Position numbers and translations under genes: made by a program. From Candidatus Fermentibacterota bacterium (GTDB lineage: Bacteria > Fermentibacterota > Fermentibacteria > Fermentibacterales > JCC-6): 64,000 bases of DNA. Position 1 is the stretch's first letter, and every line of letters begins with the position of its first letter. Where the stretch lies: NCBI GenBank assembly GCA_014728175.1, contig WJMA01000054.1, forward strand, positions 71,673 to 135,672, given 5' to 3'. Shown here piece by piece: positions 9,726 to 18,985 of the stretch. The notes under the pieces were generated by a model that searched no databases, was not told the DNA's origin, and was given only the letters and a program-made list of their open reading frames with translations.

Positions 9726-10712
9726 ATGATCCCAATACTGGCCTGCGTGGTTATGTTGTCCGTGTCGTTCTTGCCCCCCAGCATGGGGGAGGTCACCAAG
9801 GGCGACTTGGCCGACCTCTCCTATTTCGAGCTTCAGCTGATGAGGAACGAGCTGTACGCGAGGCACGGCTACCAGTTCATGACCCCCTGGCTGGCCGACC
9901 ACTTCGAGAGACAAGGCTGGTACAGCCCCGATCCCAGGTTCGCTCCCGGCAGAACCCGTCCCAGCCTGAGCAGGGCCGAGCAGTGGCTTCTGGATGCGAT
10001 CCTGGCCACCTCCGAAGGCCTGTGTCCCTCCGTTCTCAGGTGCTTCCACTCCCAGGTGGGAGACAGCATGCCTTACGAGTACTACCGCAGCGTATCTACC
10101 AGTCCCGTTCCGGGGGAGGCGATACCGGCCGAGTTCGGCGAGCATACGTGGGCCAACCTCGGCGTCTGGTCCTCACCGGTCACCAGCTCGTACGACGTCT
10201 TGCCCGATGAGATCTCCCGGCCCATCTTCGAGAGGTCGGACTCCGCCCTGAGGGCCCTGGACTCACTACCCCAAGACGCAATAAGAGAGATACAGATATC
10301 GGTGGAGGAAACCCTCAGCCTGCACCGGGTCTCCGATATCGTCTACAGGGTCTACCGCAGGCCGGATTCCAGCATCGCCAGGGTGGACGCGGTAAGTCTG
10401 GGAAGCGGCTACTGGCGCTCCTGGCTGGATCCGGTCGTGCTCTGGACTTCACGTTTTTCGCCCGACGGCGCCCTACGGCTGTTTCGTCCGGTGTACGGCG
10501 GCGGGGGATGGACCAGCAACGTATCGTTAGTCGCCTTCGACGGCCCGCCCGACAGCACTTTCGCCCGGTGCGTAATATCCGGGGACATGGAGCGAATAGA
10601 CATGCACGTCTACCACGGCCCCTACGAAAGCGTCCCCATGACCGTGAACCTCTACAGCGACGACCGCGACGGCATTCAAAGGTACCGGCAGCTTACCACG
10701 GATGAATCGTGA
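9726..10712 (+). CDS. YARHG-domain membrane-anchored protein
   Basis: LMRNELYARHGYQF matches the YARHG motif; start at M71 of the track ORF (MIPILACVVMLSVSF, TM/signal). The upstream part of the ORF overlaps the divergent gene. Confidence 0.6.
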   Translation: MIPILACVVMLSVSFLPPSMGEVTKGDLADLSYFELQLMRNELYARHGYQFMTPWLADHFERQGWYSPDPRFAPGRTRPSLSRAEQWLLDAILATSEGLCPSVLRCFHSQVGDSMPYEYYRSVSTSPVPGEAIPAEFGEHTWANLGVWSSPVTSSYDVLPDEISRPIFERSDSALRALDSLPQDAIREIQISVEETLSLHRVSDIVYRVYRRPDSSIARVDAVSLGSGYWRSWLDPVVLWTSRFSPDGALRLFRPVYGGGGWTSNVSLVAFDGPPDSTFARCVISGDMERIDMHVYHGPYESVPMTVNLYSDDRDGIQRYRQLTTDES

Positions 10713-10724
10713 GATAATTCCGGC

Positions 10725-11873
10725 TTACCCATTCTCGGAAGGTTCCAGCTCGACGTGGGCCCTTTGCAACCAGTCCCTTACGGGAATGCCCTGGGGACAG
10801 CTTTCCTCGCACTGACCGCAACCATCGCAGGCCGGGGGCCTCTTGTCATCTCCGAGGAATTCGTACAGGCGCCTGGCCTCCACCGGATCGTCGAACATAC
10901 GCATTAGGTTCAGGTACTCGAAGATCCTGGGTATGGCCACCCCCCTGGGGCACGGCACGCAGTACCCGCAATAGGTGCAGCGAACGGCCGACCTGGCCAG
11001 GTAGGCTTTTCTGACCCTTTCCAGCAGCCGCAGCTCGTCGGCGGTCAGGCTTCCCCGGCCCGATCGATCGGCGCTGGCCAGATTCTCCCTCAGCTGCTGC
11101 ATGTCGCTCATTCCGCTGAGGACCACCGATACCTCCTCCTGGTTCCACAGCCACTGAAGCGCCCAGTCGGCCGGCGTTCGTTTATTGGCCGCCTTCTCGA
11201 AGAGGGCCTCTATCTCCGAAGGCGGCTTCCGCGCCAGCAGCCCCCCGCGCAGGGGCTCCATAACCATGACCGCGATGTCTCTCTCGGCGGCGTACTGAAC
11301 CCCGGCCCTACCCGCCTCGTAATCGATGTCCAGGTAGTTGTACATCAGCAAAACCGCTGCCCATCCCTCGTAGCAATCCACGATGTCTTTGAAGACATTG
11401 AAAGTATCGTGGAAAGAGAAGCCCAGGAAGCCGAACGCCCCGTCGGCCATTTTTCTCTCGGCCCAGTCCAGCACGCCCAGCTCTCGCAGCTTCTCCCATC
11501 GGCCCTCCGTAAGGCCGTGCAACAGGTAGAGGTCGATACGTTCGGTATCCAGGCGTTCCAGCTGCTCGTCCAGGTAGCGGTCGAAGTCGTAATCGTGCTC
11601 TACCTTCCAGCTGGGCATCTTGGTGACCAGCCGGACCCGGTTCCGGTAACCTTCGGTCAGCGCCCTTCCCAGAAAGGACTCACTCTCTCCCCCGTGGTAA
11701 GGGTAAGCCGTATCGACCAGGTTGACTCCCTGGTCTATGGCCGTACTTATCAAATCGGTCGCGCGGTCCTCGATTATTCCGGAAGGCTGGTCATCCTCGT
11801 GAGGGAGGCGCATGGCACCGAACCCCAGAACGGAGACCTCCCATCCCGTCCTGCCGAAGCGGCGGAACCTCAT
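10725..11873 (-). CDS. aldo/keto reductase-family oxidoreductase with C-terminal 4Fe-4S cluster domain (COG1453-like)
   Basis: AKR barrel (GFGAMRLP…, IDLYLLHG) plus C-terminal CTYCGYCVPCP and CDGCGQCEESCP motifs; start at M21 gives an ATGA overlap with the TPR gene. Confidence 0.8.
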   Translation of the reverse strand: MRFRRFGRTGWEVSVLGFGAMRLPHEDDQPSGIIEDRATDLISTAIDQGVNLVDTAYPYHGGESESFLGRALTEGYRNRVRLVTKMPSWKVEHDYDFDRYLDEQLERLDTERIDLYLLHGLTEGRWEKLRELGVLDWAERKMADGAFGFLGFSFHDTFNVFKDIVDCYEGWAAVLLMYNYLDIDYEAGRAGVQYAAERDIAVMVMEPLRGGLLARKPPSEIEALFEKAANKRTPADWALQWLWNQEEVSVVLSGMSDMQQLRENLASADRSGRGSLTADELRLLERVRKAYLARSAVRCTYCGYCVPCPRGVAIPRIFEYLNLMRMFDDPVEARRLYEFLGDDKRPPACDGCGQCEESCPQGIPVRDWLQRAHVELEPSENG

Positions 11874-12943
11874 TTTGGAGTCTCGCTGCCGGACCCCTTG
11901 GCGGCCTTGAGTTTCCTGCCAGCCTCGACGCATTGGAGCTGCTCGCGCGCGTTGTCCGCTCTGCTGCAGTAGTGGGAGGCTTTGCCGTGGTAGCCCAGAT
12001 TATCGTAGATGGTCGCCAGGAGCTCGAAGGCGTTCATCACGCAGTTGAGGTCTCCCACCTTCTCTGCGGTATCCAGGCCTTTGACCGCATGCTTCAACGC
12101 CAGGTCCACCTGGCCTCTCCGCATGTAGATCTCGCCTACGTTAACTGTGAGGATGGCCAGATCCAGGTCGTAGCGTTTATCACCGGAGCCCAAAAGAACC
12201 CTCGCTCTCAGACAGAATCCCAGGGCGATGGACTGGTTGCCCATATCCATGTATACCCGGCCCATGTTGGCCAGGCACCGGGCGACCTGTTGGTGTTCTT
12301 CACGGATCTGTCTTATCTGCAGGGCCTCACCGAAGCTCTCCAGGGCTTCGCGATACCTGCCCAGACGCCTGTAACATACTCCGATGTTGTTCAAGGTGTT
12401 GGAGATGCTCATTGGACTGCAGTGCTCCCTTTTGAGCTTCAGGGCCCGGTGGTAATAGCCCAGGGCCAGCTCGGTATCCTCCAGATGCATGCAGATCCCA
12501 CCGATGTTGTTCAGAAGACCGGCGACAGCCTTGTCCAAACCCTGCCTCTGTCGTATCTCCAGCGCCCTCAGGTAGCTCTCCAAAGCCCTGTTCTGGTCTC
12601 CCAGGTGCCAGCAGCAAATGCCCAGGGTGTTCAAGGCCTTCGCTTCCTGGTCGGGCAGGTCGCAGTCCCTCACAATGAAGGCCGCCAACCGGGCGTACTT
12701 CCGGGCGGTCGTGAACTCGCCCGCTCTTCTGCTGCTCTCGGCCAGGGTGTTCAGAACGCCCACCTTGATGTCGGGTAAGTCGCTCTCTCGAATCAGGTTC
12801 AAAGCCTGGGAACCGCAGAAAATGGCCTTGTAATGATCATGCTCCGCCAGAAGGGAGGTCATCTGGGCCAGGATGCCGGCCTTCTCGGTCTTGTCTTCGG
12901 TCAGAGAGAGCTCTTCCTCGAGCCTCTGCAGTGTCTTGGGCAT
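11870..12943 (-). CDS. tetratricopeptide-repeat protein
   Basis: Reiterated ~34-aa W-LG-Y-A/ALE repeats (…ALNTLGICCWHLGDQNRALESYLRALEI…). Confidence 0.7.
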   Translation of the reverse strand: MPKTLQRLEEELSLTEDKTEKAGILAQMTSLLAEHDHYKAIFCGSQALNLIRESDLPDIKVGVLNTLAESSRRAGEFTTARKYARLAAFIVRDCDLPDQEAKALNTLGICCWHLGDQNRALESYLRALEIRQRQGLDKAVAGLLNNIGGICMHLEDTELALGYYHRALKLKREHCSPMSISNTLNNIGVCYRRLGRYREALESFGEALQIRQIREEHQQVARCLANMGRVYMDMGNQSIALGFCLRARVLLGSGDKRYDLDLAILTVNVGEIYMRRGQVDLALKHAVKGLDTAEKVGDLNCVMNAFELLATIYDNLGYHGKASHYCSRADNAREQLQCVEAGRKLKAAKGSGSETPK

Positions 12944-13173
12944 GAACGAAATCCCCCCCCGGTATTCGGAGTAGATACAATGTACGTAGAAATCGCACCA
13001 TACTCAAGTGCGCTTTTCGGACGAAGGTCGGGAATAATCCAACAAAGCCGTTACACCTCCGGTGGTCCTCCCCGCCCCGGTGATGTAAGTTGCAACGGAA
13101 GCCTGGACACCCAGCGGCGATTGTGTGAGCTTTTCTCTTCGTCGAGTGGGCAAAATCCGTAAGGTCCTTACAG

Positions 13174-14451
13174 ATGATAGAAGGCATTCTCAGACTGCGC
13201 GGCAGAATACTCAGGGCCGGCGTCCCCAGCCTGGTAAGCAGGGGAGCGGTAGTGGTCTGGGGGCTGTTCTCCATCCTGATAGTAAGAGCCCTTCCCAGAG
13301 ACGCCTACGCCGCTTACTCCATAGCCAGGAGCATCCAGTTCTTTGGAATCATGCTGGGTGGCGGCTTCGTGATGCAGGCCATAACCAAGTTCGTCGCCGA
13401 GGGGGTAACCGACCGGGAGAAAAGAATCACCAACGCCGGCATCGTGCTTTCCATGGGCATCGCCGTCTTGGTGGCGATGGTCATACTGGCGCTGGGCGGC
13501 ACCCTCAGGTCCTTCTACGCGCAGATAGACCTCCGCGGCATCCCCTGGGTGATAGCTCTGCTGGTGATAACCAGCACCGCCTCCACCCTGCCTCACAGCA
13601 TACTGGCGGCCAGGTACAGGATGGTGCGGATGATGGTGGCGGACGTCTCCTCCGTAGCCGTCCGGATCGGAATAGTTTCGATCCTGCTGCTGAGAGGAAG
13701 CTTAACCTCTCCCCTTCAGATCTTCGGGGCCATGATCTGCGGCAACGTTGTGGCCACGATAGTCGGAGGCCTCTTCGCCAGAAGGCATCTGTCCTTCCGG
13801 TTGCGTTTCCGCAGAAGGCATCTGGGCATGCTCTTCGGTTTCTCCGTGGTTACCCTGGGGGCCGGCTTGGCCAACACCGTTCACGCCAGAACGGACATCC
13901 TCCTCCTGGGAAGGCTCTCCGGCGAGCTCCAGACCTCCGGCTACGCTGCCTGCAGAACGCTGACCGCCCTGGTGGACAACCTTAACATGGCCGCCAAGAC
14001 CATAATGCTGCCCCTGATCTCCCGCATGTGGTCCCAGGGCCGAAAGGGAGAGATCGTACCCAGGGTGATGGGCGCCATTCTGATCATTTCCATGATACAG
14101 ATACCCGTGGTGGCGGTCTTCGCAGGATTCCCATCCGGCCTGCTCCGCGCGCTGTATGGTGGCAAGTACGACGCGGCGGCCCCCGTACTGATGATCCTGG
14201 GACTTCTGTCTCTGGCCAAGCCCTTCGGAAGCATGTTCGCCTGCATGTCGGTGGCGGTGGGAAAGCCCTCGTACACCCTCTACGTGATCACCGCCTCCGC
14301 CCTGGTCAACGTAGCTCTGAACCTGATGCTCATACCGCCCTACGGGGCGGTGGGAGCCGCGATAGCAACGACCGTCTCCGTGGTACTGGGAGCGGCGGTG
14401 ATAATCGTACTCTCGCTGCGCTACCTCAAACGGGCCCCTAACCAGCCCTGA
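13174..14451 (+). CDS. polysaccharide biosynthesis protein / oligosaccharide flippase (Wzx/MOP superfamily)
   Basis: 425 aa, about 12 predicted TM helices, MOP-type topology. Confidence 0.75.
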   Translation: MIEGILRLRGRILRAGVPSLVSRGAVVVWGLFSILIVRALPRDAYAAYSIARSIQFFGIMLGGGFVMQAITKFVAEGVTDREKRITNAGIVLSMGIAVLVAMVILALGGTLRSFYAQIDLRGIPWVIALLVITSTASTLPHSILAARYRMVRMMVADVSSVAVRIGIVSILLLRGSLTSPLQIFGAMICGNVVATIVGGLFARRHLSFRLRFRRRHLGMLFGFSVVTLGAGLANTVHARTDILLLGRLSGELQTSGYAACRTLTALVDNLNMAAKTIMLPLISRMWSQGRKGEIVPRVMGAILIISMIQIPVVAVFAGFPSGLLRALYGGKYDAAAPVLMILGLLSLAKPFGSMFACMSVAVGKPSYTLYVITASALVNVALNLMLIPPYGAVGAAIATTVSVVLGAAVIIVLSLRYLKRAPNQP

Positions 14452-15382
14452 AACGCCTTTTCTTCCGTTGTCTCCAGGCCTTCGAGGCAAGCATCGGATG
14501 GGCAATGGCCTGCAGCAGCAGGCTAAGCCCCTGAGCCGTGCTGGGACTATCGCCTCGATGGCTGCCCAGGGCCAACCGGTACCGATGGTACTGGCAGTTA
14601 AGGAACAGGCTCGCTAACCTGGACCCTGCCACCTCCCTCTCCCTGGCCCAATGGAAAAGCGTGTTCCACAGCTTCAGTCCGGTCCGGTAAGGGTTATAGC
14701 CGGACAGGTACCTGTTCCCGGGATGAACCCTGCGGACCGCCACCGGCTCGTCCAGCCTTCCCGGAACCAGCCTGCAGAACTGCGCCAGCTGGATGGTCAT
14801 GGCAGTGTCCTGGTGAAGCCTCAGGCTCTCGAAGAACGAGCCGCTACGATCGAAGGCCTTTCGCCTCACCACCAGGCCGTTCAGATGAAAGGAACCCGAA
14901 TCACACGCTATCAGCAGGTCACATAGCTCTTCGGGCGGTACTTCGCGCTTCAACGTCGTAAGCTCCTCGAATCCCTGAGACCTCCACCTACGTGCGGACT
15001 CAGAGTCATCGAAGCGCACGGCGATCGCCTCGTAGACGCCGTCTATTCCCCGGTCTTCGGCGAACAGCGATTCGGCCACGCCGAAGCGTCCCTCCAGGTA
15101 GTAATCGTCCGCGTCCAGGAAGGCGACGAACGGGCTCTCCGCCTTTGCAATGCCCAGATTTCGGGAGGCTCCCGCGCCGTGATTGCCCCCGTCGGGGTGC
15201 CTGAGAAGGAGAACCCTGCGGTGTCGGCTCTCCAGACGTTTGCAAACCGCCAGGCTGCCATCTCTCGAGCCGTCCTCCACCAGGATAACCCGTTCGGTCT
15301 GGTTCTGCCCCAGAGCGGACCCCACCGCCTGCTCCAGGTAGTCCCGGGCGTTGTACACTGGAATGACTACGGTTACCTGCAA
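14438..15382 (-). CDS. family 2 glycosyltransferase
   Basis: VTVVIPVYNARDYLEQAVGSAL…VILVEDGSRDGS…FLDADD GT2 motifs. Start uncertain: TTG at 15382 follows a GGAGG; the track ATG at 15496 would overlap the GT4 gene by 124 bp. Confidence 0.75.
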   Translation of the reverse strand: MQVTVVIPVYNARDYLEQAVGSALGQNQTERVILVEDGSRDGSLAVCKRLESRHRRVLLLRHPDGGNHGAGASRNLGIAKAESPFVAFLDADDYYLEGRFGVAESLFAEDRGIDGVYEAIAVRFDDSESARRWRSQGFEELTTLKREVPPEELCDLLIACDSGSFHLNGLVVRRKAFDRSGSFFESLRLHQDTAMTIQLAQFCRLVPGRLDEPVAVRRVHPGNRYLSGYNPYRTGLKLWNTLFHWAREREVAGSRLASLFLNCQYHRYRLALGSHRGDSPSTAQGLSLLLQAIAHPMLASKAWRQRKKRRFRAG

Positions 15383-16608
15383 CGCGCCTCCGAGACCACT
15401 TCCCGATAAATCGCCTCCAGGCGGGACACTTGTTTTTTCAGATCGAACTCCTCCTCCACGCGCCTTCTTCCCGCGATACCTATGCGAGACCAGCACCCGG
15501 GATCGCGGGTCAGTTTCCTAACGGCCTCGGTAAGGGCCCCCACGTCTCTCTCAGGAACCAGCAGCCCGGACCGCCCGTCCTCAACCAGTTCGGGTATTCC
15601 GCTATGGGTGGTGGAAACTACCGGCATGCCCACGGCCATGGCCTCCATAAGCACCACCGGGATTCCTTCCTGGTCACCGCTCCTGGCGGTTACGCTGGGC
15701 GCCAGCAGAAGATGCGAGCTCCGGAGAAGCTTCAGCAACTCGTTTTGGGGCATCCACCCGGCGAAGGATATCCTGCCGGAGGAATCCAATCTGCGAGCCA
15801 ACTCCTCCAGATCCTCCCGGAGCTCACCGTCGCCTACGATCGTGTATCTCAGATCTACGCCTTCCTCGATAAGCGCTCCCACCGCCCTTATCCCGTACTC
15901 GATCCCCTTCTTCTCCACCAGCCGGGCCACGCTGACCAGCTCGACCGGTTGGCCCGGTCGAAGCGAACGCGCGGTGAACTCCAGCCTCTCGCAGTCCACT
16001 CCCATTCTGTGAACCCTGATCTTATCCGGAGGGCAGCCCATTTCGATCAGCCTCTTCCTCCAGTGCTCGCTCACCGGAAGGAACAGATCTCCCCTTTCGA
16101 ACAGGTACGAATAAACGTCCGAACCGTGCTCGCGAACGTAGGATGTCATATCGAAGCCGTGGAAGGATGTTACGACCGGGCCCACCGAGGCTCCCGCATC
16201 CCGGACCCGCACTCCCGGGTTTCCCAGCATTCCGTAGTGGCAGTGAAGAATGTCCCAGCTTCCCCGAAATCCCGACGCAAGGTACAGCAACCTGAGGGAG
16301 GCAGCCTCCCTACCGTACCGGAACACGTTTAGCGAATTGAGGATCAGCCCCGGATCATGGAAAAGCCCATCGGCAAGGCGAGCCATACCACCCCACAATC
16401 GAGCCGGAAGGTCCCGGGGACAAAACACCGGCCTGGCTCGGCGCAACAGACCGTAGGCCTCGACTTCCGGATGGTTCCTCGGATCCTTGCAGCTCATGGT
16501 GTGCCTGATGTCCACGGTATGGCCCAGATCGATCAACCCCGTGATCTGGTTGAGTATGAAGGTCTCCGACAGGGCAGGGAACCTTCTGAGAAGGAAGGCA
16601 ACTCTCAT
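15373..16608 (-). CDS. family 4 (GT-B) glycosyltransferase
   Basis: C-terminal GT4 signature EGIPVVLMEAMAVGMPVVSTTHSGIPELVEDGRSGLLVP; start at M13 (MRVAFLL) preceded by GGAGGG. Confidence 0.85.
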   Translation of the reverse strand: MRVAFLLRRFPALSETFILNQITGLIDLGHTVDIRHTMSCKDPRNHPEVEAYGLLRRARPVFCPRDLPARLWGGMARLADGLFHDPGLILNSLNVFRYGREAASLRLLYLASGFRGSWDILHCHYGMLGNPGVRVRDAGASVGPVVTSFHGFDMTSYVREHGSDVYSYLFERGDLFLPVSEHWRKRLIEMGCPPDKIRVHRMGVDCERLEFTARSLRPGQPVELVSVARLVEKKGIEYGIRAVGALIEEGVDLRYTIVGDGELREDLEELARRLDSSGRISFAGWMPQNELLKLLRSSHLLLAPSVTARSGDQEGIPVVLMEAMAVGMPVVSTTHSGIPELVEDGRSGLLVPERDVGALTEAVRKLTRDPGCWSRIGIAGRRRVEEEFDLKKQVSRLEAIYREVVSEARCR

Positions 16609-16659
16609 TTTACGCCCTCCTCTTCGGTCTACCGGGAACATCAACAGCTTGCTTGTCGA

Positions 16660-17967
16660 TCAGTACTCCTCCGTCTTCATCAGGGCGCGCATCCTGTTTG
16701 CCCTCAGCAGAACCAGCATACCCCCAAGCACCAGAACCGCCGAGGCGGCGAAAGACGTCCGGTAGGAGAACACCTGGGTAGCGCCCGACCCTATCAGAAG
16801 GTCCACTATCGGTCCGAAGATAAGCGTTCCGGCCAGCCCCCAGCTTAGGTAGAATGTGGCGTTGAACAGGGCGAACTGCTTTCCCCTGTGCCGTGGAGGT
16901 ATCAGTTTGGACGCATAGGAGTAGGCGGAGGCTCTCACCACCACCTGGGCCAGACCGTAGAGGAAGTTGCTTACAAAAATGGCCCACAGGACCCGGGACA
17001 GAGCGAAACCCAGCAGGCTCAGTATGGATACGATCGCTCCCGACATCAGGACCCTCTGGTCGTTGAACCAGTCGGTCAGCCTGCCGATGAGCAGCCCTCC
17101 CAGGCAGATGGCCACCGACCGCATGTTGACCACGTAGCTGAGCATGGTGCTGGAGACGTCGAATCCCTCGTCCAGCACCAGGTATTGGGTCTTAAGCAGG
17201 GTGACCCCGTTCTTGCCGAAATTCAGGAGTATCATGGCCACCAGGAACAGAAAATATACCTTGGAGTAGGAGGAAAGCTCCAGGATGCGTCCTCCGGGCT
17301 TGCCCCCTCCTTCGTCCTTCTTCGCTCCGGGGACACCTCCCTCGGGCAGGAAGAACATGGGTATGGTCGACAGAAGCATCACCCCCGAGGCTACGAAGAA
17401 CAGGAATCCCTCCTCGAATCCCCAGCCCTCGTAATACCTGGACATCCCGTCGTAGGCCAGCCCTCCGATCCATACCCCGATGATCCTCCCCGCACCGCCG
17501 ACGGTGAACAGCTTGCCCTGTATGCCGGCCCTCTTGTATCCCGGGTAGAGGTCTGACAACAGCGCCGTCCAGCTGACGTTGGACATCGACCAGAATATCT
17601 CCACCACGGTGAAGCCGATGATGATCGCGTATCCGGCCGTCCGGGGGCTCGCCGACCAGCTGTGGACCAGCCAAACCAGGAAGGTAATCACGGCCGCCGA
17701 TATCTCGCCCAGGATTATCAGCGTTCTCCGCTTCTGGTAGCGGTCGGAGACCACGCCCCACACGAACATCTGGAAGATGATATTGACCACCATGGGAAAG
17801 GCCGCGAAGAAGGTGGTCTCGGTGACGCTGAGCCCCAGATAGGCCCTCAGGTATATCGATAGATAGCTGTAGAAAAGACCCCGACGGAACATGGCCAGCG
17901 CCTGGAAGGAGGAAACTCCCAGGAAGGTCTTCCTGCCCGGGTCCACGTAGCCGTTGTCTCTGCTCAT
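16660..17967 (-). CDS. MFS transporter
   Basis: 435 aa, 12 TM, MFS-type loop motifs. Confidence 0.8.
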   Translation of the reverse strand: MSRDNGYVDPGRKTFLGVSSFQALAMFRRGLFYSYLSIYLRAYLGLSVTETTFFAAFPMVVNIIFQMFVWGVVSDRYQKRRTLIILGEISAAVITFLVWLVHSWSASPRTAGYAIIIGFTVVEIFWSMSNVSWTALLSDLYPGYKRAGIQGKLFTVGGAGRIIGVWIGGLAYDGMSRYYEGWGFEEGFLFFVASGVMLLSTIPMFFLPEGGVPGAKKDEGGGKPGGRILELSSYSKVYFLFLVAMILLNFGKNGVTLLKTQYLVLDEGFDVSSTMLSYVVNMRSVAICLGGLLIGRLTDWFNDQRVLMSGAIVSILSLLGFALSRVLWAIFVSNFLYGLAQVVVRASAYSYASKLIPPRHRGKQFALFNATFYLSWGLAGTLIFGPIVDLLIGSGATQVFSYRTSFAASAVLVLGGMLVLLRANRMRALMKTEEY

Positions 17968-18129
17968 TGCCCCCCACCCTCGGAAGGATTCGGCAACCGC
18001 GTCCGGGCAGTATTCTAGAACGTGGGGTCAAAGGCAAGGAAGAGCCACTGATGAAGATGATCGAGTAAGGCTGAGATGGCCCGGGAAGCGCTCAGCAGTT
18101 GAGCTTGCCGACCGAAGGCGGCGCGGGCC

Positions 18130-18954
18130 ATGTTACTCCAATTCGCTGCCGTTTTGATGAACGGAGGACGGATGATCACCCGGTGCAGGCTTTGTGGGGC
18201 CGAAGAACTCAAGCTCTACTACACTCAGGGGGACCGAGACCAGTACGAGTACTACAGATGCCCCAGGTGCGGTCTGGTCAACTACGACCTCTCCGGTGGC
18301 CTGGATCAGGGTAAGTACGCGGAGAGGTACATCGACCCCCGGGAATCGGATCACAGACTGAACCGGCTGCAGACGGAGAGCTACCGCTTCCTGAAAAGCA
18401 ATGTCCCGGGACCGGGGCGCCTGCTGGAGGTGGGATGCGGAAACGGAAGGCTCTTGATGCTGGCCAGGGAGAACGGATGGGAAGTCCGGGGGCTGGAGCT
18501 CTCACCCTTTCTGGCCGAATCGGTTCGGCAACACCTGGGCATAGAAGTGGAAGTGGCCGACTTCATGAGCTACCAGCCGGAGGAGGAGTACGATCTAGTT
18601 GTGTTGAGGCACGTGCTGGAGCACCTCCCCGAACCCCTTGCCGCCATGGGCAAGATCCGCTCTCTGCTGAGATCCGAGGGTAACGCTTTGCTTGAGTTTC
18701 CCAACGTAGAGGGCTGGGAGCCCAGGTTCAAGCACTTCTTGCACCGCAGCGGGATACGCCGCATGAAGTACTCGCCCGATTACGTGCCCGGGCATTGCAA
18801 CGAGTTCTGTAGGTCATCCTTTGCGCTTCTGGTTCAGAAAACGGGATTCGAGTTGCAGAGATGGCTTACCTATTCCGACCGGCCCATTCTGGATCTTCCC
18901 TGCAGGCTCATCGGATGCGGCCGCAAGGTCCGGGCCCTGATCCGTAGGACCTAG
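18130..18954 (+). CDS. class I SAM-dependent methyltransferase with N-terminal zinc-ribbon
   Basis: CRLCGAEELK…YRCPRCGLVNYD zinc ribbon; LLEVGCGNGRLL SAM motif I. Confidence 0.75.
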   Translation: MLLQFAAVLMNGGRMITRCRLCGAEELKLYYTQGDRDQYEYYRCPRCGLVNYDLSGGLDQGKYAERYIDPRESDHRLNRLQTESYRFLKSNVPGPGRLLEVGCGNGRLLMLARENGWEVRGLELSPFLAESVRQHLGIEVEVADFMSYQPEEEYDLVVLRHVLEHLPEPLAAMGKIRSLLRSEGNALLEFPNVEGWEPRFKHFLHRSGIRRMKYSPDYVPGHCNEFCRSSFALLVQKTGFELQRWLTYSDRPILDLPCRLIGCGRKVRALIRRT

Positions 18955-18985
18955 GATTTCCGATCTTTAGCGACGAGCCTTTCGC

